The notes: generated by a model from the sequence alone, not told the origin. A stretch of 63,880 nt of DNA, filler included, from Octopus bimaculoides (GCF_001194135.2; 5 parts of 5 records of this genome joined end to end with filler, not necessarily neighbours in it), one strand, 5' to 3'; positions 1 through 11,460 are shown, numbered from the whole stretch's first letter. Numbers and translations are program-made.

Positions 1-171
1 AAAAATAAAAAAGGAAAACGATGGAGAGGAGGAATAATGCGATAACCAAAAGCGTAGAAGTAGAAGGAAATCGAAAATAAACATTAGAAATATAAAAAGA
101 AAGCATATATATTAAATGTGAATACCAACAACAACAACAGCGATGATAATATTTTCTGGCCAATTTTGACA

Positions 172-360
172 CAGGGACAGCAGTTTTGAGGGGAGGGGTA
201 AGTCATTTACATCGACTCCAGTACCCATTTGGTATTTATTTTATCGACCCACCGAAAGGATGAAAGAGAAAGTCGGCCTCGTCGGAATTTGAACTCAGAG
301 CATAAAGAGTCGGAAGAAATGCAGCAAAGCAGTTTGTTCGGCGTGCTAACGACTGTGGCA
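172..360 (-). mobile_element. tRNA-derived SINE, family A (Deu/Nin-domain-like), diverged copy
   Basis: Reverse complement gives a B-box-like GAGTTCAAATTCC followed by CTTTCATCCTTTCGG..GTCGATAAAATAAATACC, resembling the Deu/Nin SINE core; homologous to the other family A copies in the window. Confidence 0.75.
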
Positions 361-387
361 TTTATAATTATCCTTTCTACTTGAAGT

Positions 388-588
388 CACAAGACCTCAA
401 ATTTTGGGGAAGGGAGTTAGTCAATTACATCGACCCCAGTGCGTAACTGGTACTTATTTAATCAACCCCGAAAGGATGAAAGTTCAAATTCTGCCTCGGC
501 GGAATTTGAACTCAGAACGTAGCGACAGACGAAATACCGCCAAGCATTTCGCCCAGCGTGCTAACGTGTCTGCCAGCTCACCGCCCTG
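388..588 (-). mobile_element. tRNA-derived SINE, family A (Deu/Nin-like), near full length
   Basis: Minus strand reads GGCGGTGAGCTGGCAGACACGTTAGCACG...GAGTTCAAATTCCGCCGAGG...TTTCATCCTTTCGGGGTTGATTAAATAAGTACCAG; near-identical to 23963-24176 and 37607-37822. Confidence 0.85.
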
Positions 589-1159
589 ATTACTATTCAT
601 GGTGAGAGTAAGAACAACAATGACAGCAGGAATCACTTGTAAGGATGGAGGGCAGTGTTCAAAACCAATTAAAGGGCTTCCGAGATTAAGGAGGACGGGA
701 GGGATTTAGGTACCTCCAAACTAGGGATTTCGCTTGAATAGCTGCAACAGGGTGGACTGAAGGTGTTCAGGAGGCCGGGTGGCCGGGTGGCAATGTATTA
801 AGTCTACCACCCAGCAGCAGCAGCAGTAGCAGCAACAACAACAACAGCAGCTGCAATAACGAAGATAGCAGCAACATCAAGAATAACGACAACAACATTG
901 TTGCAGCGGCAGCAGCAACAACAGCAAAAACAACAACGACAACAACAGAAATAAAACAATAGCTAAAATAATACCAGTAAGAACATTAGCAAAAACGTTA
1001 GCAGCAATAGCAACAACAAAAGCTACAATAACAACAACAACAGTATCATCATCATCGTCATCGTCATCATTAGCAGCAGCAGCAGCGTCATTGGCAACAA
1101 CGCTCGCAGCAAGATAGTAGCAACAACAATTAAAATGCGAGCAATACTCATAAACTTGG

Positions 1160-1680
1160 AACCCAGTGTGTGAATCATGGCCTTAAACCTGGGAGTAATT
1201 GCGTGAGTCGTATTCATATACTTGGAAGCCAGCGTGCGAGTCACCCATAAACCTGGGAGCAAGTGTGAGAGTCGTATTGATATATTTGGGAGCAAGCATG
1301 TGAGTCATACTCATAAATCAGGGAGCCAGTGTAGGAGTCACACCCATAAACCTGGGAACACTTGTGCGAGTCGTATTCATAAACTTGAGAGCCAGTGTGT
1401 GAGTCATACTGGGGTCAAGTGTGTAAGCCATGCTCATAAACCTGGAGACAATTGTGTGAGTCATGCTCATAAACCTGGAGACAATTGTGTGAGTCGTGCT
1501 CATAAACCTGGAGACAATTGTGTGAGTCATGCTCATAAACCTGGAGACAATTGTGTGAGTCATGGTCATAACCCTGAAGACAATTGTGTGAGTCATGCTC
1601 ATAAGCCTGGAGACAATTGTGTGAGTCATGCTCATAAACTGGGGACAGATGTGAGAGTCGAGGCCATAATTAAGGGAGGA
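1160..1680. repeat. 33-bp minisatellite (consensus CATGCTCATAAACCTGGAGACAATTGTGTGAGT), about 15 units, homogeneous core 1430-1640
   Basis: The direct tandem units are visible; they give the 11-aa repeat HAHKPGDNCVS in ORF 1222..1689. Confidence 0.9.
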
Positions 1681-2654
1681 ATTGTATGAGTTGTTTAAAT
1701 GAGCAAATATGTAAACGAATGGTGAGGTTGCTTCATGCTGTGAATCATGTTCCTACAAACTGATAGCAGGTAGGTGATTGTTATGTATATCAGAGCGTAG
1801 ATTAGAATGACTACTGAAGCTAATGGGAGTTTCTGATTGGTTGAGATGATTGGTTAATGCATCATATCCGTAAACCAGGGAGCAATTAAGCGTACTGGGT
1901 GTATGGAGGTGTGTAATTTTGTGCAAAGTATTTTTGGGATTTATGTAATTGAGATAAATTGACAGCTGAAAATAAATATAACAAAATGATTTAAGTAGAA
2001 TTTAAAATATGTTAGACAAAACTGAAAATAAAAACAAAAGAAAAATTACAATGAAATGAAATAAGAATAAAAATCGAATAAAATATATTCAGATGGAATA
2101 AAAAGGAAAACAACCATAAAACGAAATGGAGGAAATACAGTCGTCACTCGCAAGCAAGTACAACTTGATCAGAGTGTATCATGTCTATGCTAATAGTTTT
2201 AGGTAGTTCTGTAGTCGTGAGCAGACGTAAATATCATCTTGACCCTGAAAAATGTGGCAGGAAATGTAAGAAAAGAAAAAAAACGAAGATATCACACAGC
2301 AACGAAAAGAGAAAAGGAGGTCCACCAAGTGTAGGTTGTGTGGAAGTACAGGAACTGTTCTCTTTGAACGATTGATCTGATATTATTATCTTTTCAACAT
2401 CTGCGACAGTAATCTCCAGTTCAATGAGTTCAATGTTGCTGTGTCTTGGTTAAAGTTCTCTATTAGTTATTATTAAACTTCAGGTTATTCGGTTGTCTTT
2501 CAGTTCGTCGGTTATCATTTTTATGGTTTGGAGTTGATATCGTTCTAGAAATAGGATGTTGAATGGGCGTTGTTTGTCGGCGTTCGGATTTAGTTCAGCG
2601 TCGTCAGTTGACAAGTTCAGTTATTCTTCGTTTGGGTTTAGTTCGGTGTGGTCA

Positions 2655-3160
2655 CCAATTGTTGCTTTGTCTGGTCACCCAATTTTGCTCTGTCGGGGTC
2701 ACCAAATGTTGGTCTGTTGAGTCAGCAAATCCTGCTCTGTCGGGGTCACCAAATGTTACTCTATTGAGTCACCAAATCCTGCTCTGTCGGCGTCACCAAA
2801 TGTTCCTGTGTCGCGTCATCAATAGGCTTAGTATCGAATCAACAAATATTGACTTGTCTGGTCACCAAATGCAATGCCCTAGGGTCACTAAACATTGTTT
2901 GTCAACCCACCAAATTTTATTTTCTAGGGTCACTAATTATTGATCTGTTGGATTACCAACTGTTGTTTCGTAAGGTCGTAGAGTCACCAAATGTTATTAT
3001 CTAGAGTCCTCACATGTTGATCTTTCGAGTCATCAACTTTTGTTGTTTTGGGTCACCAAATGATGCTCTATAAGTCCTCAAATGTTGCTGTTTGTGGTAA
3101 TCTAATGCTGCTCAGTTGGGTCATCCAACTTTGCGGTGTCGGGTTACCAAATATTGACGG
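2655..3160. repeat. Degenerate 23/24-bp minisatellite (GTCACCAAAT core)
   Basis: GTCA(C/G)CAAAT-like cores at 2698, 2721, 2745, 2768, 2792 and 2815, then further degenerate copies to about 3150. Confidence 0.8.
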
Positions 3161-3282
3161 TGTATTATGCTAACATTTTGAATTAGGAGCAAATGGAAAA
3201 TTATTCTTCAATTATGTTAAAACATAACACTTGACATTACAATATTTATAGTTGTTAAATACATGATGTCTCTCTGTCTTTG

Positions 3283-3437
<155 letters not shown>

Positions 3438-3502
3438 ATTGGTAACATGAATAATTTTAACATTTGACGGATATTTGTCTTCATCTGAATAATAATAATA
3501 AC

Positions 3503-3541
<39 letters not shown>

Positions 3542-3606
3542 CAACAACAACAACAACATAGAAAAATACCTTAGGAATGAGAACCCAGGTTCGAAATTTC
3601 CCCAAG

Positions 3607-3650
3607 ACACCTGATGAAGGCTGGAGAGTATATCAGCTGAAACGTTGTGT
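3607..3650 (+). ncRNA. Minimal type I hammerhead ribozyme motif (Penelope-like-element type)
   Basis: Stem I ACAC(3607-10)/GTGT(3647-50); core CTGATGA (3611-17); extra A; stem II GGCTG/CAGCT; GAAAC (3639-43); GTT triplet; palindromic ACGT stem III with no loop. Confidence 0.7.
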
Positions 3651-3769
3651 AACAACAAACAAGATGAGGACAAATATCCGTAAAAATGTAAATAATGTAA
3701 ATAATGAACATAATTCCTCATCTCTTAAATACAGAACTGTAAAAGATAAACGATAAAAGATTATCTCCA

Positions 3770-4170
3770 TACGAAAAGAGTTACAAAGCAACCCAAAAAC
3801 TCGCCCCCACATGTATACCCTATAAAATTTCCACGTCACCATATAAAAACCCTTGCATGTGTCACTACACAAAAGCCACATGTAACCGCATAAAGGTCTA
3901 CACATTACCACATTAAAAAAAAACATACTTCACAACATAAAACCCTCATATGCACGTCATAAAAAAATTCCATGTTACCACATAAAAAAACCCAAATGGA
4001 CAACCACGTAAAAACCACATGCAAACCTCATAAAAATCTATATAACACCACATGTAAAAAAAACCCACTTCACCACATAATCACCATTGTATGTATACCA
4101 TGTTAGAATCTCGCGCCACCCCATAAGAAACCAAAAAATCCTCCCACATGTGCGCCATGCATGATAACGA
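3770..4170. repeat. Cryptic degenerate repeat rich in CCACAT(G)/AAAACCC motifs
   Basis: Recurrent CCACATG/CCACATA/AAAACCC words at irregular short spacing. Confidence 0.5.
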
Positions 4171-4279
4171 AAACCAAATAAAACTAAGAAGAGATGAATA
4201 TAATATTCATTGATTGTCAGAATTATGTTTTACTGTCAACTTAGATGACAGGAACATCAGTCTAATCAAGCAATAGCAG

Positions 4280-4343
<64 letters not shown>

Positions 4344-4574
4344 GCACATGCACACACACACACACATTCTCACAAAGAATAATTACAGGCAAGAGCATAA
4401 ATCATCAGGTGAGCGAATTGCCAAAAAAAAATGTAAAAAAAAAGAATAAATAAAATTATTTAGAAAGAAATGAAACGAGAAAATGCTGAAAAAAAAACCT
4501 GTTTTTTTAATCGATTGAAACGATAAAACAATAACAATAACAAAAACAACAAAACCGTCAGCACCACTGCCGTT

Positions 4575-4579
<5 letters not shown>

Positions 4580-4605
<26 letters not shown>

Positions 4606-4611
4606 GTAATG

Positions 4612-4686
<75 letters not shown>
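4580..4686. repeat. Compound (CAC)n/(CAA)n/(TAA)n microsatellite
   Basis: Seen directly. Confidence 0.9.
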
Positions 4687-4964
4687 GTGGTGTTAAAATA
4701 ATCATTGGAAGAAGAATCAAAATGGAACAGATGAATAATAAACGTTAATTTCACATTTTAAATTCTTTAAAGTACAATGAAAAAGAAAAGAAAAGAAAAA
4801 AAAGACGCCTCCAAAAACCAAATTTTGTCGTTAGTAAGAAGAATTGCGGTGATAAAAAATCTAAACTGTTCATCAATAAATTTGACATTATTGCAAGAGT
4901 AACAACAGCAGCAACAGCAGCAGCAGCAACAGCAGCAACAACAATAATAATGATTTATGATTTA

Positions 4965-5830
4965 GGTAGAAGGCCAGGAATTTTGAAGAGCAGCTATTGG
5001 TCGATGCCAAGGACAGAAGTATTTGACAAGCAATTTATTTTATGGGGACCTAGAGAGATGAAAGGCAAAGTTGACTCCGGCGGGAATTGAACTCCGATCA
5101 TAAAGAGTCGAAAGAAATACAGTTAATGGTTAATGGTTAAAGCACGAGACCAGCGAGTTTGTTTGATTTTGCTTGTTTATTTGAGGTAAAGCACGTGACC
5201 TAGTAGTGAGGGCGTTGCGCTGACGATCGCAGGATCGTGGTCTTTTATTTCTGGACTGGGTGGGGAAGTTGACTCCGGCGGGAATTGAACACAGAACATA
5301 AAGAATCGGAAGAAATACAGTTAATGGTTAATGATTTCAGCAAAAGGCTAACGAGTTTTGTTTGATTTGCCTGTTTATGTGTGTGAAGGCGTGTTGTTAA
5401 GGTGTTGCGTTCACGATTTCAAAATCGCTGTTTCGATTCCCAAACTAGGTGGTACGTTGTTGTATTCTTGGGCAAGACACTTCAGTTTACGACGTTCCAG
5501 TCCATTACTTGACGAGTAATTTATTTTACGGAGCCCTGAGGGATGAACGGCAAAATTGACTGACTCCGGTGGGAATTGAAACCAGAACATAAAGAATCGG
5601 AAGAAATACAATTGATGGTTGATGATTTAAGCACGAGGGCTGTGAGTTTTGCTTGATTTGCATATTCATTTGTGTAAAATCGCGTGACTCAGTGGTTAGA
5701 CTGTTGCAGTCACGATCACAAAATCGCTGTTTCGATTCCCGGACTGGGTGGTGCTTTGTATTCTTGGGCAAAACAACTCACTTCACGTTGCTCCAGTCCT
5801 TTCGGCTGTAAAGGGACAGCCCTGCGACAA
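4965..5830. mobile_element. Three tandem chimeric units, each a SINE A fragment (minus) plus a SINE D-like tRNA head (plus)
   Basis: TTGACTCCGG(C/T)GGGAATTGAA...ATAAAGA.TCG.AAGAAATACA repeats near 5071, 5269 and 5560; each is followed by a GTTTCGATTCCC-type B-box region, which is degenerate in copy 1. Confidence 0.7.
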
Positions 5831-5844
5831 AATTGCTGTCCGTT

Positions 5845-6085
5845 AATGGGGGAAAATTGTGACCTCTGTCACTTATGCGCCATGAAAATTATGCAGTAAA
5901 ACAAAGCGGTAATCATGTTCTATATACACGAATTTGACTCCTATGGCCCGCTGGAACCTTGAAAACTTTCGGCAAATGGAACAACTTGAGGACTCAGTTT
6001 CCTCGAGTGCTTGTGGATTATTTGCTATTTGTTTCCTTGAGTGGACGACAAAGCCAGCTTTGCTTCGTGTCACAAAACAATAATG
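5845..6085 (+). pseudogene. Decayed clan-CE cysteine protease fragment (adenain/Polinton-PRO- or Ulp1-like)
   Basis: One frame reads HLCAMKIMQ*NKAVIMFYIHEFDSYG (FDSYG at 5933-5947); after a frameshift it reads QMEQLEDSVSSSACGLFAICFLEW (5973-6044). The order H...FDSYG...QxxxxxxCG matches the adenain motif order. Confidence 0.5.
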
Positions 6086-6811
6086 ACCGGTATGGTTTCC
6101 ATTTAGAGGAGCAGCATTATGCCTGAAATTTTTGTCGAACTTATATATATATATATATNNNNNNNNNNNNNNNNNNNNNNNNNNNNNNNNNNNNNNNNNN
6201 NNNNNNNNNNNNNNNNNNNNNNNNNNNNNNNNNNNNNNNNNNNNNNNNNNNNNNNNNNNNNNNNNNNNNNNNNNNNNNNNNNNNNNNNNNNNNNNNNNNN
6301 NNNNNNNNNNNNNNNNNNNNNNNNNNNNNNNNNNNNNNNNNNNNNNNNNNNNNNNNNNNNNNNNNNNNNNNNNNNNNNNNNNNNNNNNNNNNNNNNNNNN
6401 NNNNNNNNNNNNNNNNNNNNNNNNNNNNNNNNNNNNNNNNNNNNNNNNNNNNNNNNNNNNNNNNNNNNNNNNNNNNNNNNNNNNNNNNNNNNNNNNNNNN
6501 NNNNNNNNNNNNNNNNNNNNNNNNNNNNNNNNNNNNNNNNNNNNNNNNNNNNNNNNNNNNNNNNNNNNNNNNNNNNNNNNNNNNNNNNNNNNNNNNNNNN
6601 NNNNNNNNNNNNNNNNNNNNNNNNNNNNNNNNNNNNNNNNNNNNNNNNNNNNNNNNNNNNNNNNNNNNNNNNNNNNNNNNNNNNNNNNNNNNNNNNNNNN
6701 NNNNNNNNNNNNNNNNNNNNNNNNNNNNNNNNNNNNNNNNNNNNNNNNNNNNNNNNNNNNNNNNNNNNNNNNNNNNNNNNNNNNNNNNNNNNNNNNNNNN
6801 NNNNNNNNNNN

Positions 6812-6911
6812 CACGCACTGGTTCAGTCCTTTATTAATTTAATTGCAAGAGTGCAATGAAATAATTTAACAAAAAACTATATAAATTAATAAAGGACTGA
6901 ACCAGTGCGTG
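6812..6911. repeat. Perfect 30-bp inverted repeat with 40-bp spacer at a gap edge
   Basis: 6812-6841 CACGCACTGGTTCAGTCCTTTATTAATTTA is the exact reverse complement of 6882-6911. Confidence 0.9.
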
Positions 6912-7595
6912 TGTTTGTTACCGGCATAATGCCTCTCCCAAGGTTTAATTATATTTTATTTTATTTTCCTGTTATGTCAACTGTCAGATTTTGTCTGAAT
7001 ATCTTGTATTTGTCGCAAGAAAAATTTTCGTTGTGGTTTGATGCTTTCTCTCATTTCCAATTTTTTTTTAACAATGTATCTCCGTGCATTCGTGTGTGTG
7101 TGTTTCTATGTTTCATCTCAATTTTTCGTAATTTCTTTTCTCCGTAGCTTATAAACTTCAAATACAATATTGTTATGCACTAAGCACGAATACTTCAATG
7201 TAGTGTTCAGTGATTCGCTTTTCCCTTTTAATTTTCTTTCTAAATTAGAAGCTGAACTTAAATGTCAGCTTTTCTGTTCGTGGTTAACCTTTTTAAGAGG
7301 ACACCGTTTCTGAACTAATATTACATTGGTCTCTAATTATTATTATTATAAACTCTTTGTTTCAAAGAGCTCGAATCGATCAGGTCGACTGGCATGTATC
7401 CATTACACCCATTATTGGCAGCTAATTCGATTAATAAATTATTGGTGCGTTAAAAATGTTTTTAGTTTTCACCACTCTACCGCGTGCTGCAGAACATATT
7501 TATAGATCTTAGCCTACACTAAGTAATAGGAAAATGTAATCACCTTTCTTTTTATGTACTCTATATCTGGAAACAGAAAAATTAAAAGGATCGGC

Positions 7596-7637
7596 TGGTC
7601 TGGTTTCAATCCTGCATTGGGATTTCATCAGAGACCA
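7596..7637 (-). ncRNA. Degenerate type I hammerhead motif lacking the stem III/GUH segment
   Basis: Minus strand reads TGGTCT-CTGATGA-AATCC-caatgca-GGATT-GAAAC-C-AGACCA: 6-bp stem I, 5-bp stem II, intact core, no cleavage triplet. Confidence 0.55.
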
Positions 7638-8761
7638 AGTATTCTCCTTAGCTGTCCACGTAAGCACTACTTATAAAAGGGTTCAGCAAATTGAAAAGAA
7701 TGACTTGCACGCACACACACACACATGTATGTATGTATATATACATACATTTATATGTGTATGAGTGTGTGTTTTATATCTATTTATCTATCGATCGATC
7801 TATATAAAGAGCCTTATTGAAAGCTAGTTCGATTAATAATTTATTCGTGTGTTTAAAGCGTTTGGTTTAATGATTTACTGCTACAGAATATATCTATAGA
7901 TTTTAGTCAATATTATTTAGCAGCCAGTAGTCAGCTCATTATTATACACAGTAAATGCGCAGAAGGATATGAGAGGGATCGGTTCGACTAGTTTCCAATC
8001 TTCTGTTGAAATTTACCCAACCACCGATTAACCCTGTGAACTGTCCACAGAGATAACGCTTATTATTAAAGGCTTAACTAAATTAGCTTGGAATGCTTCG
8101 CATGCAATGCAAGGCAAAGCATTCTGTGATGATATGTGTGGAGCGTAGTCAGGACTTTAGCACCTGGAATGTCGTCACGCTTTCGTTGTAGCCCTACAGC
8201 TAGAGTATGTGCTCAGAGCAAAGTCATCTCTCGCATTATGTAAGTTAAGGGAGGATATAAACGACAATGGCCTTCGAATAATTCTGTGTATCGACGTGTA
8301 ATGTCTGAACAGTCATTTCAGAAGGAGGTCTTTAGGTACCGGATCATGAACAATCTCTAACAGTCATTGGCCTGAAAGTTCTTTAGTTGGTGCGATGCTT
8401 GTTCGAGATAAACTCAAAGGGCATGGGCGAATTGGAGCGGTCAGCAAACGAACCTGTCTGAGATGCATCTAAAGAAATGAAATCTCCATCATATATTGAC
8501 ACTCAGTCGAGTTTGCCAAGAACATAGAAACACTGGTTTCGTTTGACAAGGAGGAATGAGTAGTCGTCTTCTATTTGGTGGCTATGGCGAAGAAAAATGT
8601 ATCGTGGACCTGGTTGAAATATTTGAAGACAACACTTTTCTTGTAAGGACAAGCCCTCACCAACCTCTTCAAGTAAAGCTTGAGAAATGCGAGTGTTGGT
8701 AGAAAGGGAGTTGTCCATACCTCCATGGCAGAGGTATGCGCTCCGTGAGTGCTCTTATTAT

Positions 8762-8820
<59 letters not shown>

Positions 8821-9178
8821 TTATTATTATTATTACTATTAATATTATTATTATCATATATAAATTTTACGTGTTTTTACTGTTATTCATGACATTCTCT
8901 GATTCGATGTAACTACCTCCCACACACATCGTGCCTTGTTTGTTTGTTTTCCTATATATTATGTATTCGTCTTTGTACGGTCCGCAACGTGTTAGGTCTT
9001 TGCAGCCAATAAACAAAATTATTATCATTATTTTATTATTATCGTCAATTTTCTAGTTGTTGTTGTTGTTGTTACTAAAACTGTCTAGGAGAGAAAAGAT
9101 TTATTCCTTTCATTAAAAAAAGTTTAACAGCGAAAGGTGTTTTAAACGCACATCGCTCTCAGGTGTACTCACACTCAC

Positions 9179-9209
<31 letters not shown>

Positions 9210-9381
9210 NNNNNNNNNNNNNNNNNNNNNNNNNNNNNNNNNNNNNNNNNNNNNNNNNNNNNNNNNNNNNNNNNNNNNNNNNNNNNNNNNNNNNNNNNNN
9301 NNNNNNNNNNNNNNNNNNNNNNNNNNNNNNNNNNNNNNNNNNNNNNNNNNNNNNNNNNNNNNNNNNNNNNNTTTCTCTCTT

Positions 9382-9416
<35 letters not shown>

Positions 9417-9425
9417 TTCTCTCTT

Positions 9426-9461
<36 letters not shown>

Positions 9462-9464
9462 GCT

Positions 9465-9501
<37 letters not shown>

Positions 9502-9510
9502 CATATATAT

Positions 9511-9876
9511 GCGTAGGCGTGGCTGTGTGGTAAGAAGCTTGCTTCCCAACCACGTGGTTCTTGGATCAGACCCACGGCGTGACACCTCGGACAAGTGTCT
9601 TCTACTATAGCTTTGTGAGTGGATTTGATAGGCGGAAACTAAAAGAAGCCTATCGTGTATATATACGCGCGTGTGTGTATGCTTGTCCTCCACCGCCGCT
9701 TGACAACTGATGTTGGTGTGTTTACGCCCCCTTAACCTAGCGGTTCGGCAAAAGCGGCCAATAGAATAAGTACCAAGCTTAAAAAATATAATGAGTATTG
9801 GGGTCGATTCATTCGACTGAAGATTCTTGAAGGCGGTGCCCCATCATGGCTGCAGTCTGATGACTGAGACAAATGA
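9511..9876 (+). mobile_element. tRNA-derived SINE, family B (CORE-like), full length with internal microsatellite
   Basis: Head GGCGTGGCTGTGTGGTAAGAAGCTTGCTTCCCAACCAC; CORE-like ACCTCGGACAAGTGTCTTCT; tail GCTTGACAAC...CGGTTCGGCAAAAG...GGCGGTGCCCCATCATGGCTGCAGTC. Many copies occur in the window. Confidence 0.85.
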
Positions 9877-10045
9877 TTGATAGTACTCGGAGTTGCTGTG
9901 TGGTAAGTAGCTTGCTTCCCAGATACTCTGATTCAATCTCTTGTTGCTGATACTCATAAATATCTGGCCTTGTTATAAATGTCACAATTGTGTACCTTTG
10001 ACGTAATCTTTAATGACGGATCCCCTAGGTTGTCTCGTCCTTATC

Positions 10046-10065
10046 GTTGTTGTTGTTGTTGTTGC

Positions 10066-10141
<76 letters not shown>

Positions 10142-10145
10142 GCTA
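10046..10145. repeat. (TTG)n microsatellite
   Basis: Seen directly; source of the poly-C and poly-L ORFs. Confidence 0.95.
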
Positions 10146-10646
10146 TTGTATATTGAAAATCCGATTAAACTGATCGATAATAAAATATTTTCCAGCGATG
10201 ATCATTCTGTATTTTTTATGGACATGATTAATACACCACACGATTAAACGTTCCGCCTTTCTTTTCTCAGAAAGAAGGCTGCCATTTAAGTGAGATCTGG
10301 CTGCTACTTCTAGCAAGTGTGCGACCCCTTATAGGCTCCCTCTTTGGTGCCACTGTGACAACCATTCCCACCACCACTACCGCCGCTGCCGCTTATTAAC
10401 CTCACTGTCTACAGCAAATCACGTGTCGTATTAGCGAGTAGAATGGCTTCTGCGTAGTTTCACATCATAATTTATTCATTTTTGATTTTTCTCATTAAAT
10501 TGTACCTGAAGCAATCAACTTATGTGATCGATTATCAAACATGATCTCCTCGTGTTAGACTGCAGAATAATAATTACATACATCTTTACCCCACGCATAT
10601 ACAGCATATATATATATATGTTTGTGTGTGTGTCTATGTATATATA

Positions 10647-10885
10647 TACAGTGTTGGCCAAAAGTCACCTGCCAGTAAATCAAGACCATTTAATTACAAG
10701 ATTTATTTATGTTTAACAACTGAATGGATTTAATAAAAGCACCTAAATATGAAAGAAACATCATGAAAATTGTTCAAACTGAAGTCCTTCTTGAGCGTCA
10801 CATTTTTTCCATTCGAGTAAATACAGAATTACAGCTACTATTTATGGAAATTTCATTTACTGTCGACTGACTTCTGGTCATCTAT
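10647..10885. mobile_element. Tc1/mariner-like MITE with degenerate TIRs
   Basis: TA-CAGTGTTGGCCAAAAGTCACCTGCCAGTAAAT at the left; imperfect reverse complement ATTTACTGTCGACTGACTTCTGGTCA at about 10855-10880. Confidence 0.55.
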
Positions 10886-10890
10886 CTATC

Positions 10891-10933
<43 letters not shown>

Positions 10934-11039
10934 ATCTGTAAATATAATATGTAACAATTAAGTACCTAACCAAATTAAGTACCTCACCAAAATAATTATT
11001 TTGATTTTCAGAGAAATGGAAAGAGTTAATTACAAGACT

Positions 11040-11460
11040 CGGAAACACTATATCTCCAAATCAAACAAGCCTTTGGTCTTCAGTCTTCATCTGTTGTACC
11101 ACTCAAGTCTAAGGTCTGTTCTTCTGTCTTTGGCAATTCTGCCGGCATAATGATAAAATATCGGACTGATCTCTCCACAAATCTGTCTTACAATCTTTCA
11201 GCAACTGAAGAAAATATTATCAATAATCTACTTTCAAAGGATATTATCCTTGAGAGGATTCACCAAACCACTATTGATGCAATAAAAAAAGAAACATTTA
11301 AAAAAGATAAAAAAGGTTCCGGGTCTGGACAGTATTGTCATTGAGGTTCTCTTTCATAAGGGTGACAGGCTTACTGCACAAATCCACCAAGTAATATAAG
11401 ACATTTACGCGGCTACTCGTGTGTCCACGGTTGAAGCTATTTTAATTTTATTCAAATCTG
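11040..11460 (+). mobile_element. RTE-clade LINE fragment (region upstream of the RT core), frameshifted
   Basis: Translates to LYLQIKQAFGLQSSSVVPLKSK... and KKVPGLDSIVIEVLFHKGDRLTAQIHQVI, matching the RTE KAPGxDGI motif region. Confidence 0.7.

Noticed and set aside
1222-1689. 155-aa His/Cys repeat protein as a real gene or zinc-finger array
   Set aside because: The spacing does not fit C2H2 (one Cys per unit), the ORF is coextensive with the minisatellite, and the opposite strand is open too. Kept only as a low-interest finding.
1160-3160. CRISPR-like reading of the regular repeats
   Set aside because: The units are contiguous with no unique spacers, the context is eukaryotic, and there are no cas genes.
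5873-6859. ORFs of 200-350 aa containing X runs (also near 27.7, 29.4, 31.7, 34.1, 35.2, 42.3 and 45.8 kb)
   Set aside because: They are open only because of N gaps.
8150-8750. Possible LINE C-terminal remnant on the minus strand
   Set aside because: Only a vague resemblance (LCHGGMDN...) and no diagnostic motif.
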